Positions 1 through 8,776 of a stretch of DNA of 23,754 bases are shown here, one piece after another. Both the position numbers and the translations under genes were made by a program. The notes below the pieces were generated by a model, which was given only the letters and a program-made list of their open reading frames with translations, ran no database searches and was not told the DNA's origin. Within the stretch, counting starts at the first letter, position 1. Each line of letters starts with the position of its first letter. The stretch is from Bacilli bacterium (lineage in GTDB: Bacteria > Bacillota_I > Bacilli_A > RFN20 > CAG-826), in contig JAZQOV010000012.1 of assembly GCA_045628045.1 (NCBI GenBank), positions 1-23,754 of the forward strand, given 5' to 3'.

Positions 1-2
1 AA

Positions 3-146
3 TTTTCTAAAATGGTCGAAATGTATAAGATTAATTGTTTGAGATGTGCTGTTAAATATTACGATGATTATTACGAACAAAACTATTATGTAAAATTCAA
101 AGACTATGGCAAGACTTGGGCGTTAACGGAGGAAGAATTGAAATGA
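3..146 (+). CDS. Partial phage hypothetical protein (5' end outside the window, or starting at ATG 12)
   Basis: Frame open from nt 3 to TGA 144-146 (FSKMVEMYKINCLRC...KDYGKTWALTEEELK*). The stop overlaps the next ATG (ATGA), and its last codons contain GGAGG, a Shine-Dalgarno (SD) site for the next gene. Not in the ORF track. Confidence 0.7.
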   Translation, partial: FSKMVEMYKINCLRCAVKYYDDYYEQNYYVKFKDYGKTWALTEEELK

Positions 147-322
147 ACGATTTAGAAGTTAGACCAAATTTTATTAAAATACCACATAATGTTGTAAAAG
201 AACAAAAAGCTGCTGAAGGTTTAGGAGTCGCACGACCAACGCTTACAAATATAGTGATCGGACACACAAAACGCTCGTTAGCACTTGAATCAGCAGGCAT
301 TAAATTCGTAGGAGAGGAATAG
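143..322 (+). CDS. Small putative helix-turn-helix DNA-binding protein (59 aa)
   Basis: Start re-assigned to ATG 143 (ATGA overlap, GGAGG upstream). QKAAEGLGVARPTLTNIVIG resembles the XRE/HigA HTH pattern AAxxLGVSRxTLSxIxxG. Confidence 0.55.
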   Translation: MNDLEVRPNFIKIPHNVVKEQKAAEGLGVARPTLTNIVIGHTKRSLALESAGIKFVGEE

Positions 323-327
323 AAACT

Positions 328-792
328 ATGGCAGAAATCGAATTAAACTTTGAAATGGATCCAGTAGAAAGAATCCAAATTGAAACCGAACACACAAGCA
401 ACGGAATGCTCAAGTGTATCGGAAACTACTTATTAGAGCAATTCAAAAAAGATGAAGTGTTAAAAAACTGTTATAAAGATAGAAAGATAACACTTGAAGC
501 AATCGACAAATACGTAACTGAATGTGCCAACAAATACTTAAATGGCGTTAATGGTGGAATCGAAAGCAATGTTGTATTCGGATGGGTTCTCCATTATGTC
601 CAAGATGAAAAAGTCGAAATCACCGAGGCAGCAACTGTCACACTTACTGAACAAGAAAAGAAAGATGCCCATGCAGAGGCACTTAAAGAATACAAAGCTG
701 ATATGATGCACGAACTCGAACAACGTGGCTCAAAGGCAGCAAAACCAAAGAAGGAAAAGAAGGATAATGGACAATTGTCCTTATTCGAATAG
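328..792 (+). CDS. PcfK-like / AcrIIA9-family protein with C-terminal QLSLF motif
   Basis: KITLEAIDKYVTECA...IESNVVFGWVLHYVQDEK core, Lys/Glu-rich linker and GQLSLF end. Lies directly upstream of a PcfJ-like gene, the usual PcfK-PcfJ arrangement. Confidence 0.75.
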   Translation: MAEIELNFEMDPVERIQIETEHTSNGMLKCIGNYLLEQFKKDEVLKNCYKDRKITLEAIDKYVTECANKYLNGVNGGIESNVVFGWVLHYVQDEKVEITEAATVTLTEQEKKDAHAEALKEYKADMMHELEQRGSKAAKPKKEKKDNGQLSLFE

Positions 793-797
793 AAATT

Positions 798-2090
798 ATG
801 AGAAGTATTGAAGAATTCTTACAAACACTAACTGAACCATTAGGTGGTGGAACTCACTACTACGAACTATTAACCAGTGATGAAAACGGACTCATTGTTA
901 GATTGTATGGCATCCGTTATCGCAACTGCGACAAAGAGCCAAAAGTGAAATTGTGCTTTGAAGAAAGAGAAAACGGAGAGAAATTCGTTAACTCTGACTT
1001 CTACTTCACTCGAATGGGTGGATATAACATAGTATGGGAAAGAAAAAGAACTGCATACTATGGCGAGCGCGTTCCAATGGATGAAATGTACGACACATCT
1101 GCAAATTATCCGAACATAGGTCGAATTGAAACTTTATGGGATTATAACGACTTAGTCTATAACCTTCCTGAGGCAAAATATTTAACCGAGTATCCAGAGT
1201 GGCAAATTATGAAATTCATTAGAATATGGAGAAAGCATCCAGAAGTCGAAATGATATATAAAAACAAGCAACTTCAATGGTTATGGTCTGACACTCGCAT
1301 TTATGACGTTAAGGACAAATCAAGATTCCTAAACTTAGTTAAAAGTGGATTATCCGTAAATGATGCACTCGGCATGATGAAATACGGTAGCAAAGAGAAA
1401 ATGCTTGCTGAAAGAAAAACAAACATCGCAGCTCGACATTTAAAGGGATTAAGGGTTAAAAGAGAACTTTTAGCCGAGATTCCTCACTTCTTAGAAAAAG
1501 GCAATTATAAGTGGTCGGATTATCGCGACTACTTAGAACTCTCAAAAGAATTCGGTCGTGACATTAACGATAGAGGAGTCCTATTCCCACAAAACTTAAT
1601 GACTCAACATGACAACCTCGTGGAACTCAAACGTGAAAAAATGGAACGAGAAGTAGAACTAAGAATAAGAAAAGAACGCAGAAGCCAAAGAGCAAAAGCA
1701 AGATACTTCGATAAAAAGAATGCTGGAGTATTTAACGAAATCATCAAAGAGTTTACGAAACATATAAATAAAGTAAACAAAAAGAGCCAGGACTTAAAGC
1801 TCGTTATTCCAAACTCAAAACTCCAATTCGTAGACATTGGAAACGAACTTCACAACTGTGTAGGAGTTAATGGGTATGACAAAAAGATGATTCAAAGAAA
1901 GTGCATAATCGTAGCAGTCTACTTAAATGACAAACCAGTCGAGTGCTGCGAACTCACTCCAACAAAGACAGCATTTAAAATCACGCAATTACGAGGCGAT
2001 CATAATCAAGATAGTGAATATCACGATAATGCAAAAATCCTCGTTAATGAATTTATCAAGAACTGCCGACAAGCAAACGCAAGAGCGTAG
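798..2090 (+). CDS. PcfJ-like domain protein
   Basis: C-terminal motifs DYRDYL...VLFPQNLMTQHD...IPNSKLQFVDIGNELHNCVG...KPVECCEL...ITQLRGDHN match the PcfJ family pattern. Confidence 0.85.
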   Translation: MRSIEEFLQTLTEPLGGGTHYYELLTSDENGLIVRLYGIRYRNCDKEPKVKLCFEERENGEKFVNSDFYFTRMGGYNIVWERKRTAYYGERVPMDEMYDTSANYPNIGRIETLWDYNDLVYNLPEAKYLTEYPEWQIMKFIRIWRKHPEVEMIYKNKQLQWLWSDTRIYDVKDKSRFLNLVKSGLSVNDALGMMKYGSKEKMLAERKTNIAARHLKGLRVKRELLAEIPHFLEKGNYKWSDYRDYLELSKEFGRDINDRGVLFPQNLMTQHDNLVELKREKMEREVELRIRKERRSQRAKARYFDKKNAGVFNEIIKEFTKHINKVNKKSQDLKLVIPNSKLQFVDIGNELHNCVGVNGYDKKMIQRKCIIVAVYLNDKPVECCELTPTKTAFKITQLRGDHNQDSEYHDNAKILVNEFIKNCRQANARA

Positions 2091-2101
2091 AAAGGAGCAA
2101 T

Positions 2102-2284
2102 ATGGCACAATTTATTAAAATCAAAAACGAAAGAATCAATGTAGATAAAATCACACATTATCGCACAAGAGAAAACCAAAACGAGTATTCTCTAAGCATA
2201 TGTTTTGAAAACTCGGAATTGGAAGCCGACACATCAAATAAAGCCGAATATAAGTCATGGCTCAAAGCATTGGGAGAAGAATAA
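2102..2284 (+). CDS. Small phage hypothetical protein (60 aa)
   Basis: AAAGGAG SD at about 2091-2097; FIKIKNERINVDKITHY beta-rich start; stop overlaps the next start (TAATG). Confidence 0.7.
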   Translation: MAQFIKIKNERINVDKITHYRTRENQNEYSLSICFENSELEADTSNKAEYKSWLKALGEE

Positions 2285-2502
2285 TGAAACAAATCATTCA
2301 CATAACTTATGCTTTAGAAAAGGAAGATATTACAGCTATCAAAGTTTTCCAAGCCAAGAAGGACTTATCGCAAGAACAATTGGCAAAGAAACTTGGCATT
2401 AGCAGAGCATATCTTAATCGCATTATCGCAAGAAAAGAAAAGTTGTCATCAAAGTTATTAGAAAAGTTCAACAAACTTGGAATATTTAATAAGGAGGACT
2501 AA
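2284..2502 (+). CDS. XRE/Cro-family HTH transcriptional regulator (72 aa)
   Basis: DLSQEQLAKKLGISRAYLNRII is a clear XRE HTH. Start re-assigned to ATG 2284 (TAATG overlap, GGGAG upstream). Confidence 0.85.
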   Translation: MKQIIHITYALEKEDITAIKVFQAKKDLSQEQLAKKLGISRAYLNRIIARKEKLSSKLLEKFNKLGIFNKED

Positions 2503-2504
2503 AT

Positions 2505-3497
2505 ATGGAAGAAAACAACGAATTGCCAAGCATTGAAAAAACAACGAACTTAAACAAGTCTTTTGAAGAAAAATTGAAAGACTTTAGCACGAACCTATTT
2601 AACATTTCGCCATTACTTGTCGGCATTGGAATCGCAATGTGGTGGTGTTTGGAAGGTATGGTTCAAATCACTGGAGCAAACTTATCACTTACTGATAGAA
2701 TTGCAATGACTTGCCTAACAATTTTTATTGCTATGGTGTATTGTAATTTAATTTCAACAGGTGGATTCCAAGCTGCCAAAAAAAGTAGAGAGTATCAACT
2801 TTGTTCTAAAGACTGGAACTTGGCTATTAGAAAAGGCAACACACACAAAGCTGAAATTATCGAGTATGCGAAAGACATTGCGAGAGTTAACCAAAAAGAA
2901 CTACGAATCAAGAATCTTGAAAATGTTGGCTTAAATTACAATGAAATATTCGATGAGCATGGCGAACTGATCCGTTTAGACTATGAAACTAATAAATATA
3001 ATAAAAAGAAGAACCCAAACGGATACTTTAAAAACCAAATCAAAACAATTAAGCATTGCATTAACATTAGAATCGACATTCCAGAAATGTTTGGAAACAT
3101 AAGCAGCAAGTTCTTTGGAATTCAAAAACGAGAAAACCAAAAGGCATACGAAATCAAAACAAATATTTCAAACGGAATCACAAGAGCAATTGTTGGTTTC
3201 TTTGCAGTAGGTGTTACATTTGCTTGGGTTGGCTTGTCTTGGGAAGCATTAATATCATCACTTTTCCAAATTATATTATGGACAGGTAGTGGCGTTTTAC
3301 AAAGAATGAAGAACTATAACTTCATTATTACGAAAATCTTGCCTCAAATCGTTGAAAATACATTAATTATCAATGGCTATATGGATTTGGAAGATGAAAG
3401 AAAACAAATTTATGTAAATAGAGCCAAAGAAGAAGCCGAAAAACGAACTCGCAAACAAATTCCTACCAATTTAATAAAAGAAGGTATAATATATTAG
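2505..3497 (+). CDS. Integral membrane protein (2 TM + soluble ~150-aa loop + 2 TM), function unknown
   Basis: AAGGAGG SD. Hydrophobic segments ISPLLVGIGIAMWWCL, IAMTCLTIFIAMVYCNLI, AIVGFFAVGVTFAWVGL and ALISSLFQIILWTGSGVL. Confidence 0.8.
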   Translation: MEENNELPSIEKTTNLNKSFEEKLKDFSTNLFNISPLLVGIGIAMWWCLEGMVQITGANLSLTDRIAMTCLTIFIAMVYCNLISTGGFQAAKKSREYQLCSKDWNLAIRKGNTHKAEIIEYAKDIARVNQKELRIKNLENVGLNYNEIFDEHGELIRLDYETNKYNKKKNPNGYFKNQIKTIKHCINIRIDIPEMFGNISSKFFGIQKRENQKAYEIKTNISNGITRAIVGFFAVGVTFAWVGLSWEALISSLFQIILWTGSGVLQRMKNYNFIITKILPQIVENTLIINGYMDLEDERKQIYVNRAKEEAEKRTRKQIPTNLIKEGIIY

Positions 3498-3548
3498 TAT
3501 CGTTTCGTAATAATTTCTTCTTTATTTCTAACTTCGCAACGATAATTG

Positions 3549-3583
3549 AAAAAAGGGTGTAGTCATAGCACCCTTTTATTTTT
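3549..3583. terminator. Bidirectional rho-independent terminator between the convergent early and late operons
   Basis: AAAAGGGTG(3551-3559)-loop-CACCCTTTT(3569-3577), flanked by A and T tracts. Confidence 0.9.
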
Positions 3584-3591
3584 GCTTTTAA

Positions 3592-4077
3592 TTAGAGAAT
3601 TGAGCCAATGTCAATTTCTTCTTTTTTGTATTGTTCTTTAACTGAATCTTTTTTAGCGTCTTTAATACCCTCGTTAATCAAATTAATTTCTTCAAGTTCT
3701 TTTTCTCGTTTTATATTTAGAACCAAAGCAACTATAAAGCCAATAATTACATATAATAATATATAAGCCAGGTCCGTTATTAATTGCCCAAGTAGGAAAC
3801 ATATCACATCTGCAATAACCAAGCCACTTAAAGCTGAACCAAGACTTAACTTTAATTTTTGTTTAGCCATTAGCATTACGGAAATAACTGTTGCTCCAGC
3901 TAACATTGCAAAGGTTAAACTCATTCTCCACCCTTCTTGCTCAACGAAATATTCATCAAAGTTTACGATAGAGAGAACGATAAACGGAGCAATTACTGAA
4001 CCAATTTCCCCTGCAAAAAGCAACTTTTCAATTTTTTTGAGGTGTTTCAATGTGTCATTAATTGATTTCTTTGCCAT
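3592..4077 (-). CDS. 4-TM membrane protein, holin-like by position
   Basis: Four hydrophobic helices and a charged C-terminal tail; last gene of the late operon; GGAG SD. Confidence 0.65.
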   Translation of the reverse strand: MAKKSINDTLKHLKKIEKLLFAGEIGSVIAPFIVLSIVNFDEYFVEQEGWRMSLTFAMLAGATVISVMLMAKQKLKLSLGSALSGLVIADVICFLLGQLITDLAYILLYVIIGFIVALVLNIKREKELEEINLINEGIKDAKKDSVKEQYKKEEIDIGSIL

Positions 4078-4080
4078 AAT

Positions 4081-4500
4081 TTACTCCTTTTCGGTTGTTT
4101 CAGCAACTTTTTCAGTTTCAGTAGGTATTTTATCAACTTTTGAATTTTCGTAGTTCTCAATGACTTTTTTAACATTGACATTATTAATAGGTTTGGCAAG
4201 TGCAATAACTAATTCGGTCAACTTTTGAATTTCGTTTTCCAGGTTAGCAACTTTTTCTTTGGTTTCAGTTTCAAGTTCAGCTACTTTTGTATCGCAATTT
4301 TCTCTTGCTTCTTCACAAATCGTTTTTGCTTTCTCAACAACTGATTTGTTTTGCAATACTTTTGCAGTTAAATCTCTAATTGCCTTTTTGCCAAAACTTG
4401 TCTTTGCAAAAACCATTACTACCAAAACAATGATTCCAACACCGATACAAATTGCTGTTCCAACAGGTGTTTTAGCAAATTCCATTAACCATTCTTTCAT
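4081..4500 (-). CDS. Single-TM membrane-anchored coiled-coil protein (possible lysis/release component)
   Basis: N-terminal TM (VGTAICIGVGIIVLVVMVFA), then basic residues and a heptad-rich coiled coil; ATGA overlap with the upstream gene. Confidence 0.7.
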   Translation of the reverse strand: MKEWLMEFAKTPVGTAICIGVGIIVLVVMVFAKTSFGKKAIRDLTAKVLQNKSVVEKAKTICEEARENCDTKVAELETETKEKVANLENEIQKLTELVIALAKPINNVNVKKVIENYENSKVDKIPTETEKVAETTEKE

Positions 4501-4724
4501 TGCTCTACCTCCCCACGATCAACTGCAATTTCGTGTTTTAAATCTTTGATCTGCTTTTCGGCATTTTTTAATCTTTCCATTAAAGCTGCTTTTTCTTTTT
4601 CTTCTTGCTCATGGGTTTTAGCACATTCATTAACCAACTTTAAATATTCGTTTTGGCTAATATCTGCAACTAAACCAACATAATAAGGTTTGTTTTTTTT
4701 CTTGATAATAATTACTTGTGCCAT
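4497..4724 (-). CDS. Small coiled-coil hypothetical protein
   Basis: AAGGAG SD; C-terminal coiled coil (LMERLKNAEKQIKDLKHEI); coupled to the downstream gene. Confidence 0.7.
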   Translation of the reverse strand: MAQVIIIKKKNKPYYVGLVADISQNEYLKLVNECAKTHEQEEKEKAALMERLKNAEKQIKDLKHEIAVDRGEVEQ

Positions 4725-4734
4725 AATATTCTCC

Positions 4735-6507
4735 TTATTCTTTAGTATAGTCTATTTCATTGTTATTAACATCCACGATTTTATTATATCTATGGTCAAC
4801 TAATACACTGCGTTCCGTTTCGTTTTCAGGAATGGTTGTAATGTAGTAAATATACTCATTTCCTTTTGCACTTTTGAAATCAGCAACGCTTTGATAAGTG
4901 TTATCTTTAATCTTTATGACTTTAGTGTCTTGTGTCAGTACTTGGCTTCCGAGTTGATATGCTAATGGAGATACTACCTCATATCCAGTACATAAGACTT
5001 GAGGAATAACTGAAGTACCACTATGCGATTTAATGCTCGTAATCGTTACTCTAAATTCACTGCCAACTTTCGACCAGTTAATGTCATTGATTTTAACCTT
5101 TCTAATCTTCCTTACTACTTTGCCATCGTGATTTGAGAATGTATCGTAGTTCGTTCCAATTCCGTTTAGTTCTAATGGTTCGGCAGTTTCGTATTCGAGG
5201 ATAACGCCAGTTAATGCTTGCTTAAGGTCATTAGTATTTGTATAGTTTTTGTCGCAAATAATTAATCTTGTAGATAAGTTTGCAAGTGCCATAACATTGT
5301 CGGTGTATTGGCTACCTAAAACTGCAATATCTCTACTTTTAATTGTTTCGTATTTTCCACATTTGATATATGCCTCGGTGTTGCTATCTCCAACTTTGCA
5401 ATCATTAGACAAGTATGTATCGAAATAATCATCGTATCCACCACTACGAGAATGATAAGTCCAATTCAAAGTTCCTAAATCAACTCTCTTTGTGCGAATG
5501 TAAGTAAGTTGATTATCATAAGCCAAATATGGTGTTGCTTCGTTGCCTTTTTCAAGTTGGATATTTGCGATTTCAAAGCCACCAACAACTCTACTATCGT
5601 GTGAAATGACATCTAAACTCAATGTGTAAGTTTCTCCACCAATTAAATAAAACTTTGTGATATAGATATTTGTGCTTGAGCCACTATGGTAAAAATTGTA
5701 TTCTCCACTTTGTGTTGGGTGTAATTCAATAGCAAATCTTCCGTTTGTTTCTATATTTAAACTACCAACACTACCATAAGTCCACGAATAAATAGAAAAA
5801 CTAATTCGACCATTATGTCTTTGGTCAACAACTATGTTTTTCAACACATTTCCTACTAATTCAAAGCAAGTGTTATCGTATGTAGTCTTATAGTTAATTA
5901 AGTTTCTACCTTTATAAATAAACGGACTTTTCACACTATAAATTGTGTTGTTTGCACTATATGGCAAGTAGTTTCCGTTTTGAATGAATTTACCTAAATC
6001 GGTTGCATATAAATCGGTTAGTGTTGATACGGATAAGCCGAGAGCAGTAAGGTCGATAATGTGAATATCCTTAAAGTTAACAATATCTCCAACATTTGAG
6101 GCATAACTAGATAAATTAAATCTAGCATTTGATATATCGTTTCTTGTAAAGATAACACCTACTTGTTCCCACTCGGTGGTAGTAGTTGCATAATTTCGCA
6201 ATAATTGTGTTCCCCAGTTTAAAGCAAAAGAATAAGATGCTCTACTTGTCTTAATACTCATTAGCAATAGGTATTTATTGTTTAAAACCGAGTTAATTTT
6301 TTGATAAAAGTCGCACCACCCTGTGTTAGTAGTTTTCAAAGTTGCTACATTGTTGCTTGTAGTAAAATTGACATTTGAGGCACTCCACCCACTTGTATTT
6401 GTAAAGTTTCCGTTTTGCACCAAATTATTGTATTTAATCGTGTTCCCTTTAAGCACAACTCTTTGGCTTTGTTGCTCGGCTATGATTTTCATTTTATCGT
6501 TAATCAT
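4735..6507 (-). CDS. Receptor-binding/tail fibre protein with two CBM-like modules and a duplicated C-terminal domain
   Basis: NLVQNGNF..SGW and KGRNL...NIQLEKGNEATPY are carbohydrate-binding-module-like signatures typical of phage tail proteins; an internally repeated domain follows; lies after the baseplate genes. Confidence 0.7.
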   Translation of the reverse strand: MINDKMKIIAEQQSQRVVLKGNTIKYNNLVQNGNFTNTSGWSASNVNFTTSNNVATLKTTNTGWCDFYQKINSVLNNKYLLLMSIKTSRASYSFALNWGTQLLRNYATTTTEWEQVGVIFTRNDISNARFNLSSYASNVGDIVNFKDIHIIDLTALGLSVSTLTDLYATDLGKFIQNGNYLPYSANNTIYSVKSPFIYKGRNLINYKTTYDNTCFELVGNVLKNIVVDQRHNGRISFSIYSWTYGSVGSLNIETNGRFAIELHPTQSGEYNFYHSGSSTNIYITKFYLIGGETYTLSLDVISHDSRVVGGFEIANIQLEKGNEATPYLAYDNQLTYIRTKRVDLGTLNWTYHSRSGGYDDYFDTYLSNDCKVGDSNTEAYIKCGKYETIKSRDIAVLGSQYTDNVMALANLSTRLIICDKNYTNTNDLKQALTGVILEYETAEPLELNGIGTNYDTFSNHDGKVVRKIRKVKINDINWSKVGSEFRVTITSIKSHSGTSVIPQVLCTGYEVVSPLAYQLGSQVLTQDTKVIKIKDNTYQSVADFKSAKGNEYIYYITTIPENETERSVLVDHRYNKIVDVNNNEIDYTKE

Positions 6508-6512
6508 AGTGC

Positions 6513-8753
6513 TTAACCTCTTGCGACATAAATAATATAATCGGTGTCAATGCCCTCGGTTATAACGAGCGTGTATGTGTCGGTTGTGTTCCAAATTGGC
6601 TCGCCTTCAGCCCATTTAACTGTTTTAGCACTTGGCAAAGTTAAGACAAAGTTACTTGCAGCTTTAAATGTGATTCTCCATTGTGGAACAACATTTGCAG
6701 AAGCAATTTGAAAAACATTGATTAACAACGAACTCAAAGCAACTTTACAGAAGATGAATTGATTTGACTTTGGAGAAATGACTACTGAACTTGAATTGTA
6801 ATTAACTGTTTTATAACAATTTCCCAAAACATCGTATAAGTCAATTGTTTCTCCACCAAATTTAAGTTCGGCATTTTCAAAGTAAACATCTTCTCTAAAT
6901 GTTACATCATCTCTAAATTCGTTTTCGCCTTCCCATGCGTTATTTGTTTTTGTTAAATCTTTAGTTTGAACTGCATAAAGTTTTCCGTTTGAATACCATC
7001 TATCAGGAACATTTGCATTGATTATTAAAACATTGTCATTGTTCTTTAATAGTGGGATTCCATGAGAACCATCAGCAATTAAATACATTTCAGTAGCACT
7101 TTTTTGAATTGCTAAAAATCCAGTAGAACCTAGTACAGTTGATAAATCTAATTCATAGTTTTGACTATTTAAAGCAGAGTTTCTAATAGTTAAGCTGTCT
7201 AATTCTGTTGCACTTGCGATTTCTACAAAGTCATCTTCATAGCCATCCCACTTGTAAATAGTCATGCCATTGTTAAACTTTGTCTTTAAAGTAGCAACAG
7301 TTTCAGTATAATCGGCAGTATAAGTAGTTGATAAACCACTTGCGATTTCTCTAATTTCATCAAGTTGACCTTTGACAAGTTTTGAACTTGGAACTTTTGA
7401 ATCGCTTTCAGTTAAACCATCGTTTGAAGTTTCAATTAAATTTTTTGTGAAATACTCATATTTTGTTGCTAAAGGATTAGTTGCAAAAAAGACATTATAT
7501 AAAGTTTTAGAACTATCTAATGTTGAATATTCTTGATAACTTCTTGCTCCAAACAAAGTTACATTATATCTTCTTGCTGGTGGTGTTTGTGTAGTATCTA
7601 AATACGAAGAAAATGTCATAAAACTATCTTCGTTATCACTTGGTTTAAATACGCCAAAATCTCCACCTATCATACTATATAAATCTGCAAGTGTAGTTGT
7701 TAAATATTGAATGTTAACGCTTTGAATCTTTCCATTTTTGAGCAAATTAATTAATTCTTCAGTTGCTCCACTATTTAAAGCTGCAAATTGTTCATCAGTT
7801 AATGGTGTTTCACTTATTTCAACATCAAATTCCCATCTTCCTGTTGGATAAGTTCCACCCTGATATGTATATTTTGTTGTAACGCCATTATGAGTTTCAT
7901 CTGCAATTACATAAGCATAATCGTTTCTTGTAGGAATACGAACAACACCACCACTATAAAATGTAGTAGCATTTTCTAACTCACTAAATGTTGCAAAGTT
8001 TTGCCCTTGTATGTTTTTAGTAATTTTATAACTTGCTTCTTCATTGATTTTTTGCAATGTCCAGTCTTTGTCGGCTAATTTATTGCTTGAACTTGCTTGA
8101 CTTGGAATAACATTTTCAATAGCACTTATTCTGCCTTTTAATTCAGCTTGTGTAAAATCAAAGACTTCTTGAACAGTTTTATGAACATTGTCGACAGCTA
8201 AAATAACTTCATAGAGTTTTGTTGCCCCATTTTTGACATAAATTGCTTGTCCAACTCTGTAATCATCAAATTCATCAGGAAGAACATTTAATTTGTAAAT
8301 TGTTTCGTATTTCTTAACTTGCTCTCCAATTTGTGCTAATAAGTTTTCATACTCTGCTTTTGTGATAGTAACTGGATCACTTGGCATAATACCAGTTTTG
8401 TTAATTGTCAAATAAGTGCTGAAACTTACTAAAACTTTGTTAGTGTCATTTGTCATAACATTAATATTCATTTGTAAAGCACCATCAACAAGTGTTTCTG
8501 CATTTGACAAAGAAATAGTTTTGCCATGATAAACTTTTCCACCAACTTCGCAAGTTTCTTCTTGATCCGTAGAAACTACTGTTGTTGTATTGTTGTTTGG
8601 CAGTTTAAAAGTAGCATAAAGTGAATAATCTTCTGGCTGTCTATTTTCAAAGCCGACAAACAAAACATTTTCGTATGAGTTGCCCTGTTGGACAAATTCA
8701 TTTAACATTTTATGCTTAATCGAACCATCGTAGTTATAAATTACATACATCAT
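6513..8753 (-). CDS. Upper-baseplate (BppU-like N-terminus) / tail fibre protein
   Basis: N-terminal VQQGNSYENVLFV...FKLPNN...GALQMNINV beta-sandwich pattern; fibre-type motifs (RISAIENVIPSQASSSNKLADK, NDYAYVIADETH, QFAALNSG); C-terminal LTLPSAKTVKWAEGEP domain. Confidence 0.7.
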   Translation of the reverse strand: MMYVIYNYDGSIKHKMLNEFVQQGNSYENVLFVGFENRQPEDYSLYATFKLPNNNTTTVVSTDQEETCEVGGKVYHGKTISLSNAETLVDGALQMNINVMTNDTNKVLVSFSTYLTINKTGIMPSDPVTITKAEYENLLAQIGEQVKKYETIYKLNVLPDEFDDYRVGQAIYVKNGATKLYEVILAVDNVHKTVQEVFDFTQAELKGRISAIENVIPSQASSSNKLADKDWTLQKINEEASYKITKNIQGQNFATFSELENATTFYSGGVVRIPTRNDYAYVIADETHNGVTTKYTYQGGTYPTGRWEFDVEISETPLTDEQFAALNSGATEELINLLKNGKIQSVNIQYLTTTLADLYSMIGGDFGVFKPSDNEDSFMTFSSYLDTTQTPPARRYNVTLFGARSYQEYSTLDSSKTLYNVFFATNPLATKYEYFTKNLIETSNDGLTESDSKVPSSKLVKGQLDEIREIASGLSTTYTADYTETVATLKTKFNNGMTIYKWDGYEDDFVEIASATELDSLTIRNSALNSQNYELDLSTVLGSTGFLAIQKSATEMYLIADGSHGIPLLKNNDNVLIINANVPDRWYSNGKLYAVQTKDLTKTNNAWEGENEFRDDVTFREDVYFENAELKFGGETIDLYDVLGNCYKTVNYNSSSVVISPKSNQFIFCKVALSSLLINVFQIASANVVPQWRITFKAASNFVLTLPSAKTVKWAEGEPIWNTTDTYTLVITEGIDTDYIIYVARG

Positions 8754-8776
8754 AATTAATTACCTCTTTATCTTGA

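Noticed and set aside
4081-4500. Spanin (Rz/Rz1) call
   Set aside because: The topology resembles an i-spanin, but I found no lipobox-bearing partner ORF, and the other signals point to a monoderm host.
4735-8753. Diversity-generating retroelement or invertible tail-fibre cassette
   Set aside because: No reverse transcriptase or recombinase in the window, and I saw no nucleotide-level repeat pair; the duplication is diverged and visible only at protein level.
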